From assembly GCF_009914755.1 (NCBI RefSeq), contig NC_060931.1: 64,000 bases of DNA; one strand, given 5' to 3'. Positions 13,242 to 26,232 of this stretch are shown here, piece after piece (position 1 is the stretch's first letter; each line of letters begins with the position of its first letter). The notes below the pieces were generated by a model. The model saw only the letters and a list, made by a program, of their open reading frames with translations. It ran no database searches and had not been told where the DNA came from. This stretch comes from the human T2T-CHM13v2.0 reference genome, Homo sapiens. The translations under genes and the position numbers were made by a program.

Positions 13242-14063
13242 TTGCCATTGTCATCATCACCATCATCACCACCATCATCATCATTATCACCATCATCATT
13301 GCCACCTCCTCATCATCACTGTGTAGTCCTCCTCCTCATCATCATCACTGTGTAGTCCTCCTCCCTCTCCTCCTCCTCATCACTGTGTACTCCTCCTCAT
13401 CATCATCATCACTGTGTAGTCCTCCTCCTTCTCCTCCTCCTCATCATCACTGTGTAGTCCTCCTCCTCATCATCATCACTGTGTAGTCCTCCTCCCTCTC
13501 CTCCTCCTCGTCATCACTGTGTACTCCTCCTCCTCATCATCATAATCACTGTGTAGTCCTCCTCCTTCTCCTCCTCCTCATCACTGTGTAGTCCTCCTCC
13601 TTCTCCTCCTCATGATCATCACTGTGTAGTCCTCCTCCTCATCACTGTGTAGTCCTCCTCTTCCTCACTGTGTAGTCCTCCTCCTCATTGTCACTGTGTA
13701 CTCCTCCTCATCATCATCATAATTGCTGTGTAGTCCTCGTCCTTCTCCTCCTCCTCATCACTGTGTAGTCCTCCTCCTCCTCATCATCACTGTGTAGCCC
13801 TCCTCCTCATCATCATCACTTGTGTAGTGCTCCTACTCCTCTTCCTCCTTCTCCTCATCATGATGACTTGCATAGTGCTCCTCCTTATCATCACTACTGT
13901 TGTAATCATCAGCAGCATGGTACCCCTCCTCCTCCTCTTCCTCACTTACGGAGTGCTCATCATCATCATCATTGTTGTCATCAGTATCATCATGCTGCCC
14001 CTTCTTCTCCTCTTCCTCACTTATGGAGTGCTTCTCATCATCGCCCTCATTGTCATCATCACT
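13242..14063. repeat. (CAT)n/(CCT)n tract with embedded TCACTGTGTAGTCCTCC minisatellite
   Basis: Trinucleotide low complexity; the motif cactgtgta(g/c)tcctcc recurs roughly 15 times at 13315-13830. Confidence 0.95.
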
Positions 14064-14260
14064 TGAGTACCACGTGTGAAGTGCTTTCTAAACACTTAGC
14101 ATGTATTGACTCATTTCATCCTCACAGCTACCCAGGAAGAAGGGCACTGTTATTGTTATCATCCTGTTACAGGTGAGGAAGGATTGCTCAAGCTCTCCAT
14201 CCAGAAGCTGTGGAACTGGAATGTGGTCCTATTACTCCTGATGTGGAACTGAAATGGCTG
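14064..14260 (-). mobile_element. MIR
   Basis: gtattgactcatttcatcctcacagc...ttacaggtgaggaa. Confidence 0.7.
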
Positions 14261-15867
14261 CCTGCCCCCAGCCATGGGAGGCTGTGGTCCTCCATTTCCT
14301 CATCAGTAAAACGGGCATAATATTTTCATCTAGAGATGTGGCATGAGGACTGGAGGACTAGAGCAGTAATGGATGAGAGGCTGCTGGGCACAGACTCAGC
14401 CTGAAGCAAAGAGAGGGGCAGACACAGAAGGAAAGAGCCTGCTGGGCTTAAGGTGAGGGATTCCCAAGTCCAGGAAGAATGCCTGGTAGACAGGGCTCTG
14501 CAGGGCCTGCAGTGGCACCAGCAGACTTGGCAAAGTCTCCCTCTTTGGCTGAGGTGCCTGAAATGCCCACAGCAAAGTGCCAGTGTTGTCGGGGAGGGGC
14601 AGAGCCAGATGATGCTTCATCTCTCTGCTCCAGCGATTGCAGCAGACCAGGGGCTGCAGAGAGAGGGGCCGTGGTGGAGCAGCGCCAGGGCAAGAAAAGT
14701 CGACTGAAACCCACAGATATGAGGTGCTCCATGGGTGGTTACAAGAGGGGACCCTAGGCAGCAAGGGAGGTGGCCTGAGGCCACAGGCAGCAGTTAGTGT
14801 GGATGTGTGTGGGGTCAGCATATGGGGGTGGAGATTGGTTGACCCACAGGTTCTCCAGAGCTCCAGACAGCACTTGGCATAGCTTGGAGATGGAATGGGA
14901 GTTGAGATGGATTTGCCTCTCCCAGGCTTTTCAGGGGAATTGTTAGTGAGTCATCTTGCTGGGTCTCACAAGAGCCCCATCCCGTGACTGTGGGAGAACC
15001 ATCAACACTCAGGCTTGGGGATAGTATAAATGGTGTCTGGCCTGCTGTTTCTTAGTTTCTTTCACATCATGGCATGCAGAGAAAACAAGATGTGCACATC
15101 GCACTGGAGCTAGGATGAGCTGACTGAAGGTGGACTGAGGTAGCCAGCCAAGGTCTGTGCAGGGCTCCATGGTGACCCCAGGCCCAGTAAACTGCCCCCG
15201 GTATGGAGCCCAGGCATTAGGAGGCCTGGCCTTGTCCCACGTCTGAAAAGATGCTCGGCCTCCCTCTGCCCAGTGGTCATCCTGTCTCCACTTGGGCATC
15301 ACCTCATCCGAAGTTTGCCCACTAGGCTGCCAGCAGCTTCCACTTTGTGAAGCACAGCCTGATATGCTGTGATTTCTGCCCTCTGGTCCTGTCCTTTTCT
15401 TTGGGAGCAACAGAAACTGACACTAGGAGACTGCAGACTGGAGAAGACAGGAGGTGGCTGTGAGTCCACAGATGGGGAGTGGGAGAGCCGAGTGGACTCC
15501 TCCACAGCCCTCCCATTTGCATTTCCCAGCGAGCCACTGCAGAGCATTGCTTTGCAGTTTCTCTGCACGTTGTTGCTGTCTCCAAGCAAGACACATATTC
15601 TCACACAGAGTGAAGACCATTCTGTTCTATTCTGAGACAGCCTAGCCTCTGCATCCAACAGACCTGGGTTCAGATCGTGGGTCTGTCGCTCAGTAGCTGA
15701 ATGGCAGCTCCTCGAAGGTTGATGTACCTGATCTATGCAATGAGGCCAACAAACAGACCATAATCGTTATGCTTGGAGAGCAGTGCTGGGCATATGATAG
15801 ACGCACAGGAATGGTCATTCCTTCCCCTCATCCTTCCCAGGGGGAACAGAAAAAGATCTGAACACAA

Positions 15868-15953
15868 GTCCACGTGCAGTGAGTCTCACCATCTTCTGGA
15901 GGAAAAAGTCAGGTCCACATGCAGTGAGTTTCACCATCTTCTGGAGGGAAAAA
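15868..15953. repeat. Tandem duplication, 45-bp period
   Basis: GTCCAC(G/A)TGCAGTGAGT(C/T)TCACCATCTTCTGGAGG at 15868 and 15913. Confidence 0.9.
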
Positions 15954-17759
15954 TAACCACGAGGCCTGAGGTGAGAGCTGTCAGGAAAGTGTTAGAGAAC
16001 GAGAGCTCCTGTGCATAGTCACACTGCACTGCTTGATTTCCCTTTGTTTTTAGAATTTTATTTAGAGTGGGGTTTCAGAAGATGTAGGGGCAGGGATGGT
16101 TTAAGATCAGAGACAGTGGGGCGCTGACTTTGAACAGCTTATCACAGAGTTATCAGAGGATAAGTCAAAAGCAATAAGTGAAAAGTCAGCAGCTGGAAGG
16201 CAGGATAACCCCAGGGAAAAGCAGTCAGGGGTGAGGGGCTGGGTGGAAAATCTGTTGTGATTATTTCTAGCTTTCTAGATAAATGGTTATCAAATTTGGA
16301 TAAATATTTATTGAAACAAGACTGGAGCATAAGAGAAAATCTCCCTCCTAGGGAGAAGGAAGAAAATCCCCCTCCCTTTGTTTCTAAGGTTGAAACAAGA
16401 TTTTGTGATATAAACTGTGTGATGAGAAAGTAGGACTGTCGCCTAGGAACCAAGGTTGAGAGTTCAATGAAACATGGGTCCAGAGGTGCACGTGGTCAAG
16501 ACTGGGGTCAGTCCAGGTGGACAGCTTAACAGGGACCAGAGCTCCAGGGCCAAGTGGGGTCAAGGGCAAATATGGAGGACAGGGGTGTGATGAGGGCTGA
16601 TATGATGGAGGTGTGACAATCAGGTGGGTTTCTGCAACAGCTCCTTCACTCCCCAGTTTCATTGGTCCTCCCCAGGCTTTTCTTCTCCAAGTTAAGGTCT
16701 ACAAACCAGGATTCATGGAAGCTTCAAGCAGAGCCAGGGAGCCTACATCTAGGTTGATCTTTGCCATTAACTCATTGATATACCATGGGTAAGTCACTTA
16801 ACTTTCTGGGATTTTCTATGTGTATCTGAAATTATGGCCTGTCTACACATTTCTGTAATCATGACTTGCCAATGAGAGAGAACTTCATAGAAAAGTTTCC
16901 ACCCAATATAGAAATGTAAGACACTAGGAAATTTCTCTTGGGAAGATATTGGGAAAGTTAAAGATGAAACATTTCCTGTTCATGCTACTGTTATACTGTG
17001 GATAGAGTAGGCAATGAATGCATTGGCTAATGAATTCAGGCAAGCTTTGGCTTGAACAAAGCTTTACATAGTTTTCCCTCTAAAGAGTGTGTTGTGCCAT
17101 TTAGGCAGAGAGTGCTACGAGTTTACACTTTGATACATCCTTTCTGCATTACACAGAGCAATGATATGTAAAACACAAAGAAGAGGAAGCTAAAAAGAAA
17201 TAGTCTGGTGGAAAAGCAAGGCAGACATCTTTATGGATCAGCAATGGAACTGACACTCTTGTGGTGAGCTGGCCTGCTGAATCCAGGTGCAGAAGCCAGT
17301 GAAGGCTAGGAGCCCACCTCCTACAGGCAGTGGAGGAGGGTATCCCTCCTGCTGGACTGAGCGGGGGCTGGGAGCACCAGCCAAGCCTGCTGCGTGGAGT
17401 CAGGGAAGGGCATGAGGCCAGCCAGCTCAATAAGGGAGGCTGGAAATAAGAAGTGCTGTTGACCCAGGTATGTCTTTTATGAAAGTATGTGTCTAAGGAA
17501 GTGAAATGGTGAATATACAGCCTCATACTTGGGAACTGAGCCAAGCTCCTTATTGGCTATAACTGATATCTCCCCTGTAGTAGTGATGAATAGAAGCCCC
17601 CCAACACCATTAGAAAACGTGGCTACAGAATATGAGAGTGGGGAGCTGGGCAGAAGCAACTGTATTATTGCCACACAAAGAGGGGTGCTGGAGAGAGAGA
17701 AAAAGAAGGAAAAAGAGAGAGAGAGAGACAGAGAGAGAGAGAGAATCTTCAACTCAAAA

Positions 17760-18290
17760 TAAATCTGTAGGTTAAAATTTCAATCTCACTTATAAACACA
17801 GGGGCAAAAATCAAGTATAAAATGTTAATAAAATAAACTTAGCCATTTATAAAAGTAATAATACTACAATGCGTAAGTAGAGGAGACAAGCACAGTTCAG
17901 GGTAAGAAAATCTATTCCTGTGAAAAGATTATAGAGTAAAGGGGAAACTATGACCATGTCATTAAATGCAGAAAAGCATTTATTACAATTCAACATTAAC
18001 ACATTATAAAAAGTTCTTAGCAAACCAAGAATAGAAGCAATTTTCCTAACCTGAAATCTATAACAAATGTTAAACTTACTGAGCATATCCCCACCAAATA
18101 CCCTCAATAAAGCCCCAAAAAAGACATTGACATTTCTAGCCAATGCAATAAGATAAGAAAAAGAGAAAGTAAAGGTAAACCTTATTCATGGAAAAACAAG
18201 CATAATGTCATGTCAATTTGTTTTGAATTAATTTATAAATTCAGTGTAATTTCTGTCAAAATAGATCAATGGGATATAACAGAAATACAG
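17760..18290 (+). mobile_element. Degenerate L1 ORF2 fragments (old L1M)
   Basis: aatgcagaaaagcattt...caattcaaca...cttagcaaaccaagaatagaag matches the L1 RT-region pattern. Confidence 0.7.
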
Positions 18291-18639
18291 ACTCAAGCAT
18301 TTTTCTTTCTTATCTATTACAGGAATGACTACCTTCCTTATCTAGAGTCACTCTTTACACTGGCAAAGGCAGGGGGTCTCATCATCTCTCATCTACTCAT
18401 GGACTTTAATCCTGCAACTATTGATCTTCATTATCAAATTCTCTCTTTTGATTGGCTTTTTCTTATCAGCATACAAACATTATGGGTGGGCAAACCCTAT
18501 GGAAATTAAGACATGATAAAGTTACAATAAATAAATCAATGTGTTTTTTAGCACATGGATAAACAGTAGATTGATGAAACAGAATTAAGTCTAGAAAGGG
18601 GCCAATGACTTTCCCACTGCAGTCTACAAAAAAAAAAAA

Positions 18640-19455
18640 AAAGCCAATACAAATCCACCTTCTCTAATTATACTCATGTGCTGGGTGACCTCATCTCATG
18701 CTATGGCTTTAGTTCTCAGCTATGTGCTAAAGACAACCACATTTATATCCACAACCCTAACTCCTGAGCTCCTGGAATGCATTCGTAACTGTCTGCAAGA
18801 CATCTCCATGTCTAACAAGTGTGTAAAGCTTACATTTTAGCAATGGAACTCTTGTCTTCACTTTCTACTCCTGCCCTTGAACCTGCTTCTGCAGGATTTC
18901 TATTTCAATAAAACGACACCACTATTTTACATAATTGCTCCAATAAAAAAAAAAAACCTTCTCCCTTTCCCTCTGACTATACACAAATTCATCAGCTTGA
19001 CCTTCAAGTGATATCTAAAATCCAGTTACTCTTCCTAGGGCACTACATACATTGCACATGCGTCTAAGCCGCCACCATTGTCTGCTGTCTAAACTGTGTG
19101 AAGAGCTTTCTTATCGGCCTCGCTGATTTCACTCTTGGTGGATTTTCATCACACTTAAATGCATCCCGAAATTTTTAGCTTGGGCTCTAGGTGCTACCTT
19201 TCTGATCTTGTCTTCTATCCTTTTCCTACCTTATTTATTTTCCCAACACACTGCCTTCTCAAGTGTGTCTCAAACACACAGAACTTCTGCTTCTTGTCCC
19301 TGTACTTGGTATTTTCTCTGCCTGGAAAATCCTCCAGGTCCACTAAAATCTGCGCTCCACGAGGGCAGGGCTGTTTTCTGCCTTTGTGTCATATCAGCAG
19401 CACTTACAACAGCGCCTGGCATACTAGAGGCATCCAATAGATTAAATAAATAAGT
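18640..19455 (+). mobile_element. L2 (L2a-like)
   Basis: ctccacgagggcagggc...acagcgcctggcatactagaggcatccaata 3' end plus upstream L2 body. Confidence 0.7.
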
Positions 19456-20979
19456 GATTATATGAAAGAGTGACCATTAAAAACTAGCAGGGAAGTGGGA
19501 AAAAAGTTGGAGTAGCCAAACAATAGAGCTAGGACAATTTGCTTTCCAAATGAAAAACAATAAAATTACATACCGAACTCACATTGGCTAGAAAAACTTC
19601 CAGGGGCATTTCTCATTATGTGAAGCAAAACTTTTTAAAAAGAAAATATACATTTTTAAAAAGATCCTTGGTAGGAAAAGACTTTGTGAATAAAACACTA
19701 GAACACAAATCAAGAAGGGTAAAGGCAGCTTCAGCACACAGGCAGGTGAAGCTTGGCTTCCTTGCTTCTGGAGAGGCTGCAGATGAGACAGGTGTGGCTG
19801 GTAACAGTCAGTGGTTATGGCTCCAGGTCTCTGATATCATGAAGGACCTTGAAAACGAGCATGTGGATATGTCTGCTGAAATCCTGGAGTTCTCTAATGA
19901 GAACACGTTTGAGAGGAAGGGGATTTAGGACAAATTTAAAAACCTACTTTATAAGAGGCAATGCATACATCCCTCCAAAGTGGTTGAACATTTGTAAGAA
20001 TCTTCAGGAATAGGTAACTTTAATGTGTGGGGAACACTTCCAAAGTGATGCCTTTCCACATCCCCTGAGCTCTGTAACAGCATCCTAGGGAAAGTGTGCC
20101 TCCACTGTCACCCTCACCTGCCACCTGCCATGAGCCATGCGGTGAGCAGGGTGATGTAGCCTGAAGATGGTGATGGGTCTTGGCTCTGCCGTGTGACATC
20201 CACACACTCCGTTCACTAAATGCAGATGACAATAGAACTTGTCCCTCTGGGCCCTTAGGGCCTTAATAAGTTAACAAGAGTGAAGTCCAAGCATCATGGA
20301 AAATAGCAGTTTATTTGTGCCTGGATAAGAACAAGGTCTCAGTGTGAGCAACATGTCTTATTTGACAGAGACTGACAAACCTCTTGGGACAGGACTTAAA
20401 GATAAACTAGGAAAGCTCAGTGGAGACTGTCTGCAGGCTTCAAGGGCTGCTCAGTTTCATCCAGGAGGCCTGGGAATGATGAAAACGCAGGCTCAAGAGT
20501 GCTCTGAGGCTATGCAGACAAGGGATCCACAAGACTGTTCACTCCTTGGCTGATTGCGTCCAGAAGAGGCAGGTGGGGCAATGAGAAAAGAGGGTTTTCT
20601 GCTCAGCCTCCCTGGCCTGAAGCACAGCAGGGTTATTCTTAGCGGCAGCCTTACCATCAGGGTTGAAATTCCACAAGCCTCTGCTGTCTTCCATCCATCA
20701 TCGTTTCCTATTTACGAGGCAATCTTGTGCTCCAAGCTACAGTGAAACAGAGCTTCTTGCTGGGATGCATTACAGTAATGCTTTGTAAGTGAGCTTGTGA
20801 GGTTGCAGGATCTTAGGATCTTGCCTCAGAACTTCGAAGCAGCATGAAGCATCTAAGCACAGCTCTGTGGAGCACAGAAAGTTTGAAAAGAGCACCTCAT
20901 TCTTGGCTCCTGAGGAAATGGCATTTGTTTGCGTCTGTAAGGAAACCACACAGGGCAGTGTTTACAAGTATTTCGATTA

Positions 20980-21140
20980 AACACTGTCTCACGCACACAT
21001 GCACATGCATGCACACTCTCACACTCACACACGTGTGCTCACACACAAGCGCACACATGCACACACGGCCACACAAGCATTCACACACTCACGTATGAAC
21101 ACAGGCACACTCGTGCACACGCATACAACTCAAACACTCA
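20980..21140. repeat. (CA)-rich low-complexity tract
   Basis: cacacatgcacatgcatgcacac... Confidence 0.85.
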
Positions 21141-23644
21141 CCGAGGAAAGACCAGTGTAGCCCAGGCAAGAAACTGATTCAACCAACTGCTCATGACGTA
21201 TGTGCGCCATTCTGCTCCTCTTCCTTATGCCATCTTTCAAGCCCCCTCTGAGATGTAAGAGAGAAGGCTGTGAAATAGGGAGGGTGTCATCTCCCTGATC
21301 TAGACTTTGGGATTCCCCCCAAACAGCACAGAAGGAAAGATGCTGTGTTGTTCACGCACCATCGAGGGACAAGAGGGTCAGAAAAGGGACTCATTCATGG
21401 AGACTTGGGCTGAAGGAACACCCGGCAGGCATATGTCCTCTGCCCGGAGCCCCAGTGCCCTGGTGGCTGCCCCTGCCATGGGGAGGGGCTGTCACAGGGG
21501 CTCGGTCCTCTCTTTCCTCTTGTCGATGAGGTCAGAGGAGCTGGATGGACAGAAGTGCTGGGGGAGACAGTGGGGCTCAGGAGTTCAGCGCCCACTCTGG
21601 TCTCTGTCATGCTGTGTTCAGGTCTCACAGGCACCCCGAGAGACAGGTCCCAAAGCTGAGGCTCACAGACCTTGAGCAACTTTTCCAAGGCCACACGGTC
21701 CATTCATGATGTGTATTAAAACTATACTTGGCATGTAAATTAGCAATTTACAAAATGAAAAATGCAATAAGCTATTGGAACGTAAGAAAATGCTCATCCT
21801 CACTAGTAAACAAACACCAATCAAAGTAATAATGAGATCATTTTTGCCCATTAAACCGGCAGGGATTTTTTAATGCTAACATGTTATTTTAATAAGCGTA
21901 TATTAGTAGAGGGGAGTATAAATCAGTTCACCCCTTTGGGGGATGGTTTGTATATTTATTTTAAAACGTTAACATTTTTATCTAAAACAATGTGTAATAT
22001 TTAACTTATTTAAATTACTTATTTAAAAAAAGCTCATGGCTTTTGATCTGGAAACCCCGACTCCAGAAGGCATACTGAGGCTCTGCTCAATTTGCCTCCT
22101 TCCACCTGGGAAGTGTTGGGTTGCACTCGTCCTCACCCACCCAGGGGAATCCCTGGGAAGGCTGGAGGGAAGCGACCATCTAATTGGGTTGTTCTGCTGG
22201 CTCTGGGTGAACAGGGACAGCCACTTCCTTTACATGGGTCTTGGTGTTCTCCTCCATAAGTGAAGAGGCTCAGCTGAGACTGGCCCTAAAGCCCCAGCTC
22301 TGGTTTCTAGAAGAATTCTGAGATTCCGTGGCAGCACCTGGTTCTGAGGAAAGCCTCACTAAATATACCCAAATCTGTGTTAAGAGAATATTTCACCATC
22401 CCTTTCAGAGGAAAAATAGAACACAGTGATGAACAATGACAGGAAGTGGTTTTTTGATACCCATATTCCGCATGACCTGTAAGTATGAATATTACCTCTT
22501 TTTGTCAGCTGCATTGGAAAAAATAAATTACCACCAGTCAATCTCTTACAATAATAAGAGCAAGGCATGGCTTAATTGCTTCAGTTAAGTGTTCATAACT
22601 TCGCCAGTGCTCATAAATGCCATTACACATCAGGCCACTGAAACAGACCTGTTGATTTATTAAATGACGATGGGCAGGGGGCAGGGGCAGTTTCTTTTAT
22701 GAGTTAAGACATAGAGTTAAGATACCTCGATGGTTCAGTCTGGTATCAGGCATGGGTTCTTTCAGTAAGGATAAATGCAAAAAGATAATAGAAAGTTCTC
22801 ACGGTGATGGTGGTGGAATTAGGGTGCAAGAGGCTGTGGTCATTCTAACCTAAAATGTACATAATAATGATCCTACATTCAACAGGAAATGTGTTGATAA
22901 TTTTTGTTTCCCCCCATTTAAGCACAGACGTGTTTTAGAAATCTCTTTTTTATGATCATGAACTCCTGGTCCAAAATATTCACCAGGTAGCTTGATAATT
23001 TGCAAAAGACGATACGTGTATCCACTGAACACATATTTGCAAAGATCCTACTGTGCGCCAGATACTCGTCTACACTCTGAGATCCATCAGTAAAAAAATC
23101 CCTCCCTCATGGAGCTTACGTGTCAGTGGGCAACAAGCTCACGGTTCTGCGATGGAAGTAGCTGCAGTATTTGCAGTATTTCCGGGGCTGTGAACACGCC
23201 CCTCCCGTTAACCGCGCTGCCATTCTTCTCCATCTGCCTGGGATGCAGGGGCTGTGTTTTGGGTTTCATTATGGTATCCAGCACCTAGTGTAGCCCTGGG
23301 CACACAGCAGATGTTTTAGAGGGACGTGTAGGATCACAGAACATGCAAGGGCCATGTGAGGCCTGACATCAGGTGAAGCAGTTTTGCTCAGTAGATTATT
23401 CTTGTTCTTTCTCCTAAAGTAAAGTAGATGAGTGCTTACCTCTCCCTGGACACCAGCATCCCATCTGAGCCTGGGGTACTGGAAGGTGCCATTTTACTGG
23501 TCAGAGCTTGTAGGAGCAGAACGGGCCCAGGTGTGGTCTTCATGGAGCTTGAGAACTGGGTGCTGCTAGTGTTTACTTCATCCAGGGCAGCTTCTGCAGG
23601 AATGAAGGTGAAAACCTATCAAGATGGTGTGGGAACAGTCCTTC

Positions 23645-24482
<838 letters not shown>

Positions 24483-24874
24483 CTTTAGCCTTGACTCTGG
24501 CTTCCTTGGCCGCGGTTGTTAGGGGTGTGAGAACGGTGCCCTGGGTTCCGATGCTGGTGTCAACAACTTTTACTCTGCTTCATTCAGAAGGCGTGTCCCC
24601 GGGTTCCCTTCTGCGCTCTCATCCCTTTGGGCCACCCAGGAGCCTCCGCAGGGACCTTTCCCTGTGCGTTTCGGCAGCTGTGATCCACTCAACTCTGCCG
24701 CTGCACTAGGTGTTAGGGTGAAGCCCTTCACCGGGGACGTCCTGAGGACATTTTCACAAGCTTTCCCCGCACGCTGCTGTGTTTCATCCTCACAACCCTG
24801 ACAGGTGGATTATCTTTTTTAACCTCCTCATAGGATGCAGAGACAGAAGTTCAAGGGTCCAAGGCACTGGGCTA

Positions 24875-25320
24875 AGATGACGCGGTTCGCCGTATCCTTA
24901 GTGACGCCAGGACTCCAAGGAAGTCTTTCCCTAACGCCCTTGCATGTCCCCACTCTACCCGGCTACCGTGGATAAACCGCCCTCTGTCTGTCAGCATTAG
25001 CTGGCGCACGGCAAGAACACTATCGCCAGCGCGATTCCAAACTCGTGGTTCCGATCAAAACGCTCTTCTGCTAACATGGGCCGCTTTGATCTTCCTGAAA
25101 AGGTTCGTCCAGATTGTATCGTTTCCTGCAAAGCCCCTGTCAGCTGTAAATGTTGTGTTGAAGGTGGAGGCGCATCCTGGGGCTGTAGGCAGGATGCTGA
25201 GCAGGACGAGGAAACGGGCGCTTTTTGGGTATCTCCGTGCTGGGTGCCACTTGGCGGCGGGAGGAGGCAGAACTGTCCGTTGTGTAGAACTTGATGGGTC
25301 CGATCTCTCCCTTGATCCTT
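24875..25320. promoter_or_regulatory. CpG-undepleted promoter-like patch
   Basis: About 29 CpGs in about 440 bp by manual count; two TGACG half-CRE motifs near 24878 and 24902; MYB-like CCGTTG; imperfect CTCF-like CCACTTGGCGGCG. Confidence 0.45.
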
Positions 25321-25380
25321 CATAAGGACTAAGTCTTTCCTAAAATTCTCTATTCTAGTTATTCTATACTCTGGGCAAAT

Positions 25381-25390
25381 TTTTTCTTTT

Positions 25391-25446
<56 letters not shown>

Positions 25447-25932
25447 TCCCTCTTTCCTTCCTTCATTCCTTTTTCCCCTCCCTCACTCCCTCTTTCTTTC
25501 TTTCTCTTTCTTTGTTTCTTCTTTCTCTTTCCTTCCTTCCTTCTCTTTCTTTCCTTCCTTCTTTCCTTCCTTCCTTCCTTCTCTCCCTCCCTCCCTCCCT
25601 CTCTCTCTCTCTTTCTTTCTTTCTTTCCTTTCTTTCTCTTTCTTTCTTTCCTTCTTTCCTTCCTTCCTTCCTTCCTTCTCTCCCTCCCTCACTCCCTCTT
25701 CTTTCTTTCTTTCCTTTCTTTCTCTTTCTTTCTTTCCTTCCTTCCTTCCTTTTTCCCCTCCCTCACTCCCTCTTTCTTTCTTTCTCTTTCTTTGTTTCTT
25801 CTTTCTCTTTCCTTCCTTCCTTCTCTTTCTTTCCTTCCTTCTTTCCTTCCTTCCTTCCTTCTCTCCCTCCCTCCCTCTCTCTCTCTCTCTCTTCTTTCTT
25901 TCTTTCTTCCTTTCTTTCTTTCTTTCCTTTTC
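25381..25932. repeat. Polypyrimidine (CTTT/CCTT/CT)n tract with 280-bp-period internal duplication
   Basis: 25471-25607 is repeated at 25751-25887; the tract lies inside the Alu TSDs. Confidence 0.95.
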
Positions 25933-26232
25933 AAGACAGACTCTTGCTCTGTTGCCCAGGCTGGAGTACAGCAGTGGGATCTCTGCTCACTGCAACTTCC
26001 GCCTCCTGGGTTCAAGCAATTCTCCTGCATCAGCCTCTCAAGTAGCTGGGATTACAGACACATACCACCATGCCCAGCTGGGTTTTTGTTTTTTTTTTTT
26101 TTTTGTATTTTTAGTAGAGACTGGGTTTCACCGTATTGGCCAGGCTGGTCTCGAGCTCCTGACCTGAAATGATTCACCCGCCTTGGCCTCCCAAAGTGCT
26201 GGGATTACAGGCATGAGTCGCTGCACCTGGCC
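25381..26232 (-). mobile_element. AluS with massively expanded tail
   Basis: Alu body 25933-26232; TSD TCTGG(G/T)CAAATTT at about 25370 and 26233 brackets both body and repeat tract. Confidence 0.92.

Noticed and set aside
13315-13830. CRISPR-like repeat-spacer appearance
   Set aside because: Spacers are CCT/CAT runs of variable length, the context is eukaryotic and there are no cas genes.
25483-26172. Phe/Leu/Ser and Lys/Glu/Arg ORFs
   Set aside because: Expanded Alu tail plus antisense Alu frames.
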